A stretch of DNA of 64,000 bases from IMG/VR virus record IMGVR_UViG_3300025648_000015, positions 32,001 through 96,000 of that record. The stretch is one strand, 5' to 3'. Numbering within the stretch: the first letter of the stretch is position 1; the number at the start of each line of letters is the position of its first letter. The notes beneath the pieces were generated by a model that was given only the letters and a program-made list of their open reading frames with translations, was not told the origin of the DNA and searched no databases. This document shows positions 39,123 to 49,300 of this stretch, piece after piece. This stretch comes from a virus. The translations under genes were made by a program, and so were the position numbers.

Positions 39123-40183
39123 TTAATGAATGGATTATTAATCCATCGGTGGATATGGTTGCTGTTTTAGCACAATATGGCAGGTTTCTAGAAACTGACT
39201 ATCGTATGCTAATCGAAAGTATGGGAGTACCTTCTACTTTTGAAGAATATACAGAAAAGACAGGTAGGCGGTTTCTTATTGTTGGCGCCAAAGAAACACC
39301 AGGTCTAATAGCAAAAAGTGCATACTTATGCCTCAAGCTAGCTGGTCCTGATAGTGTTGTCGTAAAAGTACCAACACTTGATGAAAGTTTTTTGTTGCAA
39401 AATGTATTTGAGCATCACGCTGGTGATGTACGAAATAAGATATTTGTATCGCATGGTGATGAATTAAAGCTTAGTAGCGAATGGCGAGATGAGATTGAAA
39501 ATGCAACTGATATAATTGTATTTGGTAGCCAAAACGCTATGGAAGCATTTCGTGAGTACGAGACAGTTGATCGACGTGTATGGGAACATGGTTTTAAATT
39601 TAGTTTTGGTTTAGTGCGTGCTGAGTATTTGACTCCAAGCATTATTAACGAAATATGTTTTGATTTTTTCAGTTACTACGGTGAAGGTTGTTTAGCACCA
39701 AAATTCTATTTTATTGTTGGTAAGCTAAGCAAAAAAATTGCTAAACAATTTAGTGAAAACATGTCTTCATTCTATGGAGAGTACATCGAAGAATATAGAG
39801 AAAAGCTACCTTTAACAAGAAAAAGCGAACTCGTACAGGTAACTCTTGATTCAAAGTATGCATATGATTATGTTCGCCTTGGCGACTTGAATTCTGATGA
39901 TATCTTTGATACTCTTTATGGTGATGTAAGATTAATTGTAGTAGATGATTTAGATGAAGTCAGTTATTTCATTCATGAATGGAGTGACAATATCAGTACT
40001 GTTGCTATAAATATGCAAGATGATCCAGCTATGATGGATTTATTGGATGACCATATGGTTATCCGTATTTGTAATATTGGTGAGATGCAGTTCCCTGAAT
40101 TCTTTGAACAATATGACAGCGTAGATGACTTTAATATTTATGTTGGTGACGAGATCGAAAATGATCCCTACGACAGTCTTTAG
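39119..40183 (+). CDS. LuxC-like acyl-CoA reductase (ALDH fold)
   Basis: VVVKVPT.D, DIIVFGS..A, HG.KFSFG, DFFSYYGEGCLAP (catalytic Cys), ISTVA...RICNIGEMQFP. Confidence 0.7.
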   Translation: MINEWIINPSVDMVAVLAQYGRFLETDYRMLIESMGVPSTFEEYTEKTGRRFLIVGAKETPGLIAKSAYLCLKLAGPDSVVVKVPTLDESFLLQNVFEHHAGDVRNKIFVSHGDELKLSSEWRDEIENATDIIVFGSQNAMEAFREYETVDRRVWEHGFKFSFGLVRAEYLTPSIINEICFDFFSYYGEGCLAPKFYFIVGKLSKKIAKQFSENMSSFYGEYIEEYREKLPLTRKSELVQVTLDSKYAYDYVRLGDLNSDDIFDTLYGDVRLIVVDDLDEVSYFIHEWSDNISTVAINMQDDPAMMDLLDDHMVIRICNIGEMQFPEFFEQYDSVDDFNIYVGDEIENDPYDSL

Positions 40184-40217
40184 AACTTACAAAAGTAAGA
40201 AATAAAAGGAAGGTAAT

Positions 40218-40493
40218 ATGACAGTTTCTTCAAAACGAAGAAAAAAGATTAGAGTAATAATTAATAGTTATTCTCAATCAAAATTATTTAAAACAATGTT
40301 AACTATTGGTTTTGGCATTGCAACGATTATAATGCTACCATTGTTTATTGTTGCTATACCATTCATATTTGCATGGGATGTAGCAGGTATTTTTATGGAA
40401 AATAATATTATTAAGGAAGAAAGCATGGATGCTGTTAAAAGTAAGTGGGGAGAATTTTCTCTTGATTTCGATAGCTGGAAGAAGAACGTTTAA
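40218..40493 (+). CDS. small membrane protein
   Basis: long hydrophobic stretch; AAGGAAGG SD. Confidence 0.6.
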   Translation: MTVSSKRRKKIRVIINSYSQSKLFKTMLTIGFGIATIIMLPLFIVAIPFIFAWDVAGIFMENNIIKEESMDAVKSKWGEFSLDFDSWKKNV

Positions 40494-40870
40494 TGGAAAA
40501 TTTAGCTCAGCAAACTGAAACAATGTTTGAACGCAACATAGCTATTATTGCAAGTAGAAAACAAGAAGTTCAGGTCTTTAGTGATGGTTTCGTTTATGTC
40601 GGGTATCTATGTGGGCTTGATGAAAAATGGGTACAATTATATGGCCACGAAGAGAATGACAAGAATAATGTTGATACCATGTGGCGTTTCCTGTTAATCA
40701 ATAAGAATAATATCTCAGCAATTGGACCGAATGGTAATGGGCTATACGACATTGATCAAGTGACACGCGAATGGATTAGCAAGAAGATTCAGATGTTTTC
40801 AGATGTATGTGATAAGTTTCTATCAGTTAGAGGAATAAAGAAAAATGACGATCGAAAAGAAAAGTTTTGA
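40493..40870 (+). CDS. hypothetical protein (possible Sm-like beta fold)
   Basis: V.VF..G..YVG.L.G.D...V.L ... LINKNNISAI pattern. Confidence 0.55.
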   Translation: MENLAQQTETMFERNIAIIASRKQEVQVFSDGFVYVGYLCGLDEKWVQLYGHEENDKNNVDTMWRFLLINKNNISAIGPNGNGLYDIDQVTREWISKKIQMFSDVCDKFLSVRGIKKNDDRKEKF

Positions 40871-41312
40871 TGGGCCTTTGGCCAATTACGACGACAATAG
40901 CTACGACGATGTTGTAGAAGTAGTCCCAGTAGAAAGCAAGAATGAGCTTGTAAAAGAGATTGATCTTGCTAATGCAGAACCACGTGAGCTTTTGATATAT
41001 TTTGCATCCCGTTATAAAGAAGTGCATGGCTACGAATATGTGGTTGAATGGATTAAGGAAGTTGCTATCTTTAAAAGCTTTAAAGAGCGTTACAAAGTTG
41101 ATGCAGGCCCTATGGTTGCTTTGCTATTCGATAAGCACAAAGGCAAAATCAACGACATGGTGATGACCGTAACAGCCTTTAGTAAAGGCAGTAAATGGAT
41201 TCAGGACACCTTATACATTCAGTTACAACAAGATAAGATAAAAGAAGAAAACCGACCAAGTTCAGAAGGGTTAATGAATACAGATGACTTCCTTAAACGA
41301 TTCGCTGTTTGA
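40845..41312 (+). CDS. hypothetical protein, possible replication initiator/loader partner
   Basis: directly upstream of and overlapping DnaC-like gene. Confidence 0.5.
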   Translation: MTIEKKSFDGPLANYDDNSYDDVVEVVPVESKNELVKEIDLANAEPRELLIYFASRYKEVHGYEYVVEWIKEVAIFKSFKERYKVDAGPMVALLFDKHKGKINDMVMTVTAFSKGSKWIQDTLYIQLQQDKIKEENRPSSEGLMNTDDFLKRFAV

Positions 41313-42084
41313 TTGGCAAAACGACTACGTAAATATTAAGTTTGATTTCTTGTCAGACGATGAGATTGATTATTTAGAGCTTAAGTATCCTCAGTTTGAA
41401 ACGTTTAATAAACGAGGCTGCCCAACGTGTGAAGGCCATAATTGTGGTGACTGTAAAGCGCAGTTGCAACTTTATAAGCATTACCTACGTGCAGGCATTG
41501 GACTAAATTATCAACGACTTGGTTTTGAAGACTTCCATGGCGATGCTAAAGCATTAGACCTTGCTAACGTTTATCTAAGCCAACACAAACAGTTTGTTAA
41601 GGGTGGCATGGGTCTGATGTACCACGGCTCATGGGGTACTGGTAAGACTCTTCTTACTAGCCTTATTGCTAAAGAACTAGTAAAGCTTGGCTACACAGTT
41701 TACTTTGCTACGTTTACCCAAATGGTTGATGAATTTACCCGAGGGTGGGGTAGTAATGAAGACAAGGCACGATTCGAGAGCAAGGTTGTTAAGAGCGATG
41801 TGTTCTTTTTAGATGACATCGGTAAAGAGTTTCGTACCAAGAATAACTTGAGTGAAGCTACATTTGACCACGTGCTCCGTCAACGTGCATTGGACAATCG
41901 TCCTACTTTTATCACCACGAACATGACAATTGAGGAATTGAATGAGGGTTACGGTAGTGCTATATTTTCTCTCCTAAAGGAAAGAATGATTGTCCACAAC
42001 ATGGAGGGCGTTGATTACCGAGAGTTTGCTCGTAACCGTACGCTTGATGAAATTAAGAACGACACAGTACGCAAAATTATCTAA
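41284..42084 (+). CDS. DnaC/IstB-like AAA+ helicase loader
   Basis: CPTC...C..C, GSWGTGKT, FLDDIGKE, ITTN. Confidence 0.9.
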   Translation: MTSLNDSLFDWQNDYVNIKFDFLSDDEIDYLELKYPQFETFNKRGCPTCEGHNCGDCKAQLQLYKHYLRAGIGLNYQRLGFEDFHGDAKALDLANVYLSQHKQFVKGGMGLMYHGSWGTGKTLLTSLIAKELVKLGYTVYFATFTQMVDEFTRGWGSNEDKARFESKVVKSDVFFLDDIGKEFRTKNNLSEATFDHVLRQRALDNRPTFITTNMTIEELNEGYGSAIFSLLKERMIVHNMEGVDYREFARNRTLDEIKNDTVRKII

Positions 42085-42098
42085 TAGAAAGTAAGAAG

Positions 42099-43379
42099 AT
42101 GGACATTGAAAAGTCGATAGTAAAGCATTTTGACAAGTTAGAAAGTTTCAACACAATTTGGGATAAGGGGGTACGTAGCGAACACTTCTTTGATGATGGT
42201 GTACGTGAACTGTTTGATTACAGCCTTGACTATTACGTTCGTAGTGAGTTCAAGAGTACAGTAACTCGTGACTTCCTAGAGACTAAATTTGAAGACTATT
42301 TTGTTCGTAATGAGTGGCCAGAAGAAGAATACTTAGTTGGTGTTCTTATCGAGGAACTTATGACTAAGTACCGCAAGGCAACCACCCAGAGCGCACTGCT
42401 TAAGGCAGCTAATGCGCTTGAGGAAGATCCTGAAGTCGGTATTAGTATGGCACTTAATAGCCTTACACGTATCCAAAGTGACACAAGTACACGTGAGCGT
42501 ATTGAAATTTATGGTGATGGTTACGAACGTCGTGTTAATGAATACATGGACGAAGTATCTAACCCAACCAAAGATAAGAAGGGAATCTATCTTGGTTGGG
42601 ATGCATTGAATGACCATATGTACGGCATCCAGAAAGGTGAACTTGCGGTTGTCGTAGGTATTCCTAACGTTGGTAAGTCATGGGTTGGATCGGTTATTGC
42701 TCTTGAAGCAGCACGACGTAAAACTAAAGTTTACTTTGCATCATTAGAGCTTCGTAAAGAACTAACTCTAATGCGTCTTGATTGTCTTGTTAGTGGTGTG
42801 CCGTATGCTCGCTACGAACGTGGACAACTAACTCCTAATGAGTTAAAACGTCTTAAGGAAGCTCGTGAAGAAGTTATGGAGTTTGGTGAATATCTTCTTA
42901 TTGACTCACCTAGTCGTAAGTCTGAACGTAGCGTTATGGAGTTGTACTCAAAAGCTAAGCACTGGGGTGCTGAACTAATGGTTGGGGACCAATTGTCATG
43001 GATCTCAACCGAGAAGAGTTATGGTTCAGCAAGTAACTTCCAAACTCTACAGATGTCTGAAGTGATCACTGACGTAGCTTCTACTAACCGAGAGATGGGT
43101 ATGGCTTCTGTATGGCTTGCTCAGTTCAACCGTGAAGCTATGAAGAAGAAGAATGGTCGTGGTGGTCTAGCTCAGATTGGTCTTAGTAGTACCATTGAAC
43201 AAATTGTGGACATGGCTATTGGTATCGGTGCTACCAAAGAAATGAAGCAGCAAGAAGCACTTGTTATGGATATCCTTAAAAGCCGTCGTAGTGACCTAAA
43301 ATCATGGATGATGGGTTTTGAGCTAAAGGATCGTACATCACTCCAAGTTGTTCGTGAATACGAGGATAATAATGATTGA
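42099..43379 (+). CDS. dnaB: replicative DnaB-like helicase
   Basis: GIPNVGKS Walker A, SLE, AQFNR, IEQIVD, KSR. Confidence 0.9.
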   Translation: MDIEKSIVKHFDKLESFNTIWDKGVRSEHFFDDGVRELFDYSLDYYVRSEFKSTVTRDFLETKFEDYFVRNEWPEEEYLVGVLIEELMTKYRKATTQSALLKAANALEEDPEVGISMALNSLTRIQSDTSTRERIEIYGDGYERRVNEYMDEVSNPTKDKKGIYLGWDALNDHMYGIQKGELAVVVGIPNVGKSWVGSVIALEAARRKTKVYFASLELRKELTLMRLDCLVSGVPYARYERGQLTPNELKRLKEAREEVMEFGEYLLIDSPSRKSERSVMELYSKAKHWGAELMVGDQLSWISTEKSYGSASNFQTLQMSEVITDVASTNREMGMASVWLAQFNREAMKKKNGRGGLAQIGLSSTIEQIVDMAIGIGATKEMKQQEALVMDILKSRRSDLKSWMMGFELKDRTSLQVVREYEDNND

Positions 43380-43509
43380 GAAAACTCCTAAAGAAATGGG
43401 CGAAGATGCCCTTAGAGATTTAAGCCCAGAAGATAAAGCATTTTTAGAGAAGGTCAAAAAAGATAATAAAGACTTTTTAGAACATTTGAAGAATGATAAG
43501 TTTATCTGA
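43372..43509 (+). CDS. 45-aa hypothetical protein (not in ORF track)
   Basis: GAGGA SD; fills gap between helicase and primase. Confidence 0.5.
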   Translation: MIEKTPKEMGEDALRDLSPEDKAFLEKVKKDNKDFLEHLKNDKFI

Positions 43510-44500
43510 TATCTTCACTAACTTAGACGCCAGGGTTGTTCTCCAAGACATTATTGGGGTAGGAGAACTAATAGAGAACGGTGATGAATATATTCACTCA
43601 TGCCCACTCCCATTTGGCATGCATAAGAATGGTGACTCCAACCCAAGTGCTAGTTTAAATAAGGATACCCTACTTTTTAACTGCTTTACTTGTGGTGGAG
43701 GTAGCGTCATTTGGCTAGTCCAGAACTGCCTAAATGTCACTAAAGATGAGGCTATTTCTGTCCTAAAGAATGAGGTAACAGAACTCAAGGTTATCTCGAT
43801 TGAGGACTTCACCAAGAAGCTAGAGGGTGTTTTTGGTACCGCTCAGCAGAGCAAGACAGAAATCCCTATTTATAGCGAAAACCTCCTTAACAGATGGCAA
43901 GGAACTTGCGATTATTTGACCGTTAGAGGGGTCTCAGAGGCCGTTCAGCGGGAGATGCGCACAGGGGTAGAGAGAGCACGGCCCGAAATATCTAAAGTCC
44001 AAGGAGAAGAGCATATGGTGACCCTAGATAGGGTCGTACTGCCACACTTTATGAAGGGCAAGCTTATTGGCTGGGTAGCCAGAAAGATCGAAGATGTGCC
44101 AGGTGTTCCCAAGTATAGGAATTCCAAAGGGTTCCCTCGTGGGTCATGGTTATACAACCTTGATAATAACCTTAACAGCGACCACGTGTATGTTGTGGAG
44201 AGTCCTATGAGCGTCCTTGTGCTCAAATCCAGGGGTATTGACAATGTCGTTGCGACCTTCGGCGCAAAAGTAGACAATCAACAGATTAATCTGCTTCGCA
44301 GGTTTTCTAAGGTGACTATCTTTATGGATGGTGATGCACCTGGAAGAGCTGCTACGCAACATCTTGTAGACGAGTTGAGTTGTTACACAAAACTTGCTAT
44401 CATTGAAACACCGGACGACGAAGATCCTGCTACACTGCTGGAGATTCCTAGTTCAATGAACTCAATGGAATGGCAGTTAACACATCAAGGAGTATCATGA
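43493..44500 (+). CDS. dnaG: DNA primase (CHC2 Zn finger + TOPRIM)
   Basis: CP....H...D..PS...CFTCG, KY.NS, VVES, DGDAPG, DP. Confidence 0.9.
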   Translation: MISLSDIFTNLDARVVLQDIIGVGELIENGDEYIHSCPLPFGMHKNGDSNPSASLNKDTLLFNCFTCGGGSVIWLVQNCLNVTKDEAISVLKNEVTELKVISIEDFTKKLEGVFGTAQQSKTEIPIYSENLLNRWQGTCDYLTVRGVSEAVQREMRTGVERARPEISKVQGEEHMVTLDRVVLPHFMKGKLIGWVARKIEDVPGVPKYRNSKGFPRGSWLYNLDNNLNSDHVYVVESPMSVLVLKSRGIDNVVATFGAKVDNQQINLLRRFSKVTIFMDGDAPGRAATQHLVDELSCYTKLAIIETPDDEDPATLLEIPSSMNSMEWQLTHQGVS

Positions 44501-44595
44501 GTTTTATTACTAGCATTCATCACTGGCTTAATAGCCACGTTTTTGATATGGTACTGGCCTATTGGTTTTATGCTTGGGCTAGAAGAATTTTTTAA
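44497..44595 (+). CDS. 32-aa hypothetical peptide (not in ORF track)
   Basis: AAGGAG SD, ATGA overlap with primase stop. Confidence 0.45.
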   Translation: MSFITSIHHWLNSHVFDMVLAYWFYAWARRIF

Positions 44596-44600
44596 GTAAT

Positions 44601-44630
44601 TTGATTTATGGTGGAGACATGTGGTACCGT
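44601..44630 (+). promoter_or_regulatory. sigma70/SigA-type promoter for SSB gene
   Basis: TTGATT-N18-TACCGT with TG extension. Confidence 0.55.
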
Positions 44631-44635
44631 AGTAA

Positions 44636-44694
44636 TTGTCCTAGGACAACTGAATTAATAAACTAAAATATAAACCAAAGGAATAAACTAAAAT
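44636..44694 (+). promoter_or_regulatory. SSB leader: 14-bp palindrome plus three ATAAACYAAA repeats
   Basis: TTGTCCTAGGACAA at 44636-44649; ATAAAC(T/C)AAA at 44658, 44670, 44683. Confidence 0.5.
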
Positions 44695-45517
44695 GGCACT
44701 AAAAAAAGGAATGGCTGCAGTACGTGAAAGCATCGAGCGTTCACAGAAGAGTAGTGGTCCTCGTACATACGAGACAACCAACTGGTTCTACTGGTCCGCT
44801 GGTGAGAGCAAAGCTCTTCGTTTTCTAACTGACTCAGCTGATATTTATGTTGTACCTGTTCACGAGAATGTACCATCGCATGATGGTAAGAAGAAGACAT
44901 TTGTATGCCGTGAAGCATTCGATGCTAAGTGCGAACTTTGTGCACGCGAAGTTGGCGCACCTGGTCGTTACCGTCGTGATGTAGGCTACGGTATAGCTAT
45001 TCTGCGTGAAGAAGTGCGTGAAGACGGCAAGATTACCGGATACCGTGACGTTACTTCTGAGTACACTGAGACTGTTGATGGCAAGGTTGTTACTAAGAAG
45101 AAGCCATACGTGGGTATTGTATCCCAGGGTATGCGTAATTTCTGGAATCAGATTGCTGTTATCTCAGAGAAGTATGGTTCACTCCGTGACCGTGAAATTG
45201 AAATCATGCGTCAAGGTGCTGGAACCGATACTACATACATGGCATTCGCTCTACCTGAGAAGGAGATCGAAAACATGGATTCACGTTACGCTAAGTTCGT
45301 CCCTGATGTTGAGGCGTTCCTAAACCGTATCGGTAGCCAAGAGTACTACGATGCTCAGCTACACGGTGTTGTCAAGGAAAAGGAGACTGGTGATAAACCA
45401 GCTTCTACTCCAGTTGCTACAAGCGACGATGATGAGTACGGTGACGAAGAATACGTCGCAATTGAAGAGGAGACCACTGCTGAGCGACTCCGTCGAAAGA
45501 TGGCTAACCAGCAGTAA
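44693..45517 (+). CDS. single-stranded DNA-binding protein, T4 gp32-like
   Basis: LRFL, H...C......CELC Zn site, R.G.G.DTTY, acidic C-terminal tail; in replication block. Confidence 0.8.
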   Translation: MALKKGMAAVRESIERSQKSSGPRTYETTNWFYWSAGESKALRFLTDSADIYVVPVHENVPSHDGKKKTFVCREAFDAKCELCAREVGAPGRYRRDVGYGIAILREEVREDGKITGYRDVTSEYTETVDGKVVTKKKPYVGIVSQGMRNFWNQIAVISEKYGSLRDREIEIMRQGAGTDTTYMAFALPEKEIENMDSRYAKFVPDVEAFLNRIGSQEYYDAQLHGVVKEKETGDKPASTPVATSDDDEYGDEEYVAIEEETTAERLRRKMANQQ

Positions 45518-45521
45518 GGTT

Positions 45522-45580
45522 TGATTACCTGGTAGGGTGGGGGCTAACCCGACACGGCTTACTACTCTACCAGGTATTCA
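45522..45580 (+). other. long RNA hairpin after SSB gene
   Basis: TACCTGGTAGGGTGG (45526-45540) pairs with CTACTCTACCAGGTA (45562-45576), two G-U; no U-tract. Confidence 0.6.
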
Positions 45581-45670
45581 TTACACATGAAAAATTTTAT
45601 TATTGATTTAGGTGACTACTTTCATATCAAAGAAGGCTTACCAATATTCCTCAAACACGAAAGAGATGCT

Positions 45671-45961
45671 ATGCCATTTAATGCATTAGAAAACAAAGTA
45701 ATTATTAAAGTCGCCGTTGTGGAAGAAAAAACCGAAAGCGGTCTATTCATTCCTGACACTGCCACTGCCATGCCAGAGACTGGTACCGTTGTATCTGTAG
45801 GCCCAGGTCGAACGGCTGCCAATGGTCAAACTATCCCAACTGGAATTAATGTAGGGGATACAGTATTGTTTGAACGACGCGCTGCACAAAAAGTAGAGAT
45901 CGAGGAAGAAGAATATCTTGTGTTCCTTACGGATCACATCCTTGCTATTGTAGGAGAATAA
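45671..45961 (+). CDS. groES: co-chaperonin GroES
   Basis: EEKTESGLFIPD mobile loop, GTVVSVGPG, VGDTVLF, ILAIV; ATG 45671 gives canonical length. Confidence 0.95.
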   Translation: MPFNALENKVIIKVAVVEEKTESGLFIPDTATAMPETGTVVSVGPGRTAANGQTIPTGINVGDTVLFERRAAQKVEIEEEEYLVFLTDHILAIVGE

Positions 45962-45963
45962 CT

Positions 45964-46137
45964 ATGAAGTTGTTTCTTCAAATACTTGTACCTATTCTAG
46001 CTTACCTAGGTATTGGCGCCATGGGAGCTAAAAATAAAGATGATTGGAAATACATTATCTTTTTACCATTCTACTTGGCTATATTTTTAGGAATCTTTTG
46101 CCTACTAGTTCTATTTCTCAAATGGTTGTATGCATGA
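45964..46137 (+). CDS. 57-aa two-TM membrane protein (not in ORF track)
   Basis: AGGAG SD; MKLFLQILVPILAYLGIGAMG...YIIFLPFYLAIFLGIFCLLVLFL. Confidence 0.6.
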   Translation: MKLFLQILVPILAYLGIGAMGAKNKDDWKYIIFLPFYLAIFLGIFCLLVLFLKWLYA

Positions 46138-46364
46138 ACACTGAATGGTTTACCAATTATGATGGTAAACACATACACATAGTTGGTGCTAAACGGTTGC
46201 CACGTAAACGTAAAAAGTTAGTCACAATAATTTATCAATGTTTGCCAAACGATAAATCTAGGGAATATTTTGTAACTAGTCCCAAATATATTGATAGAGT
46301 AGAAAAACAATTAGTAGAAAAGAATAGCAATGACAGATCGGTTAGTACACTTACACACGCATAG
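46134..46364 (+). CDS. hypothetical protein
   Basis: ATGA overlap start at 46134 preferred over 46044. Confidence 0.5.
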   Translation: MNTEWFTNYDGKHIHIVGAKRLPRKRKKLVTIIYQCLPNDKSREYFVTSPKYIDRVEKQLVEKNSNDRSVSTLTHA

Positions 46365-49300
46365 TGAGCATAGTTTTTTAGATGGTCTTTCAACGATTGA
46401 CCAGGTAGTGAACCGCGTTGTAGATCTTGGGCAAGAAGCTGTTGCTATCACTGATCATGGTGAATGCAGCGGTCACCTTCGTCTTCAAAAAGCAGCTGAC
46501 AAAGCTGGCATCAAACCTATCTTTGGTATGGAAGGTTATTTCACCGAAGATCGTTTTGAGAAGAGTGGTCGAAAAGGTGAAAACTATGACCACATGACTA
46601 TTGTTGCTATGAATAACAAGGGACTCGAGAACCTTTGGGCATTGAGTAGCCTTGCTTATATTGAAGGTAGTTACTACACTAATGCACGTTTTGACTGGGA
46701 ATTGTTAGAGCGTTACAACGAAGGTCTCATTGTTACTGGTGGTTGCATGGGTGGTTGCATTGGTAAACACCTTAAAGATGGTGAGAACCATGAGAAGGCT
46801 ATTGAACGCATTGCTAGATACCAAGCTATTTTCGGTGACCGTTTCCATCTAGAATTGCATACTTATCTTGACCCTGAAAGCAATGAATGGAATCTTCGTG
46901 TTGCTGAAGCAGCATTAGACTACAGCGTTCCTCTTTTATCTGTTAGTGATTCTCACTACGCTGAGCCTGAGCAATGGTTTGCTCATGAACTCATGACTGC
47001 GGTGCAGATGGGTAAAACCATTCATGATCCTTCACGTTTTTCTTATGGGCCTAATCAACTATGTATTTTTTCTGAGGAAGACACTCGCAGCAGGCTTAGC
47101 TATCTTCCTGAATCAATTGTTGACCAAGCTATCAATCGTACTAATGAAGTTGCACAGATGTGTGACGCACGTATTCCTGGCTCACGTAAAATGCCAGTAT
47201 TTTATTCATCACCTGCTATGGACGAGCGTAAGTTTCGTGAGACTGTAGAAGAAGGATTCAACCGTAAGATTGTTGGTCATGTAGCAGAAGATATGCTACA
47301 GACATACCGTGATCGTCTTGATTTTGAGATCGATGTTATTGTTACTCGTGGTTTTCCTGGGTACTTCTTGACCGTTCAAGAAATTATTAATTGGAGTAAA
47401 GAAAATGAATTCTTGGTTGGTCCTAGCCGTGGCTCTGTGGGAGGTAGTCTTCTTGCTTATTGTATGGATATCACAACGGTAGACCCTATTCCTGCAAACC
47501 TTATCTTTGAACGTTTTCTAAATCCTGAGCGTGTGAGTATGCCCGATATTGATATTGACATGCCTAAGAATGAACGATACCTTGTTCGACAGCACTTAGA
47601 AGAGCGTTACGGTAAACATAACATTGCAAGCATTGGCACTTTGAATACTCTTGGGCCAAAGCAATCTTTGCGTGATATCTGTCGCGGCCTTGGTATTGAC
47701 AAAGATGATACACAAAAGATGATCGATATCATTGATGATGACTGGAATATTAAAAACCGTGGAGCTACGTGGGAAGACGTAGAAAAACAATACGCTAAAG
47801 AGTATGCACCTTATATTATTAAATATCCAAAGCTATTTGAGAACTTACCTGAGTTTGTTAATCACATCCGGCATACTAGTGCACACGCTGCAGGTATTGT
47901 AATCAGTAAAGAATCTCTTCTAGGGGTTATGCCACTGCGTTATAGCCCACAGAATGATGATATCCGTACACAGTTTGACATGAATGAGATAGATGAGTTG
48001 GGTTTTGTAAAGATTGACTTGCTCGGTCTACGCACTCTCAGCACACTAATGGTTGCGCTAGATCTTATCAAACGTAATAATGGTGGAACATTGCCTTTCA
48101 AGCATTTCTACGAATGGGACCATGACTGGGAAACCTATTACGATGACCCAGCAGTATGGGATGCTATTTGCACAGGCCACAACATTGGTTTATTCCAGAT
48201 TGAAACAGGTCAGCTACGCTCTTTGGTAAAACGTTTTCAACCACGCAGTATTGAAGACCTTTGTACAATGATTGCTATTTATCGTCCTGGCATTACTCGT
48301 TCTGTGGATAGCGAGACTGGTTTAAATCTACTTGAAATGTATATGCAAAAGCGTGAAGGCAAGCGTCCTGTCAAATACAAGCACCCAATGTTAGAGAAGA
48401 TCCTTGGGGTGTCATACGGTTCATTCGTATACCAGGAACAGATTATGGAAACTTGCCACATCCTTGCTGGTTATACCATTCCAGAAACTGACCGTGTTCG
48501 CAAGGCTGTTTCTAAGTCTAACTATGAAGACATGAAAGATGAAGCTGAGATCTTTGTACAAAAATGCATAGACAATGGTATTGATAAAAAGACTGCAGAA
48601 TCTATCTTTGATGACATGCGTGCATTTGGTATGTATGGTTTTAACAAGAGCCACGGTTACGGATACTCTATGCTATCTTACTGGACTGCTTGGGTTAAGT
48701 ATTACTACCCACGTGAGTTTATGACTGCTCTATTCCGTACTAACCCATCTGACAGTGTTACCTACACTCGTGAAGCACGACGCATGGGCATCCAGGTTCT
48801 TGGGCCTGACATCAACGAAAGTGAAGGAAACTTTACACTCACATCATCTGGTATTATCCGTTATGGACTTAGTAGTGTTAAATATGTTGCTAATGCTGCA
48901 GCGGAGTTACAGAAACTTGGTCCGTACAAAGACATGGAGGATTTCCTTGCCCGTGTACCTACCAGAAAAGTAAACAAACGTGCTGTTATGTCTATGATTA
49001 AGTGTGGCGTATTTGATAGCGTTTGTGGTGATACTAAGCAGGCATTATATGAGTACTGCAAAACAAGGAAAGAGTTTAGGAAATTAGATGATAGTTGCAA
49101 CGTTGACTGTACTTATTGTGCTGGTCGTTTTACTTTATTTGAGTGCTTCGCAGAGAACCAGGAATATATCACGCTACGGGGGCAACACGAGCAGGAGCTA
49201 TTGGGAACTATGGTTAGTATTGATCCTCTTGCTGCTTATATTGATGTAATCGAAGAGGAGCAGACTTATCCAGGAGAGAAACGTATGTTCCAGGGTGAGA

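Noticed and set aside
45964-46137. Two-TM peptide as a holin
   Set aside because: Far from the NlpC/P60 hydrolase and inside the replication block; topology alone is insufficient
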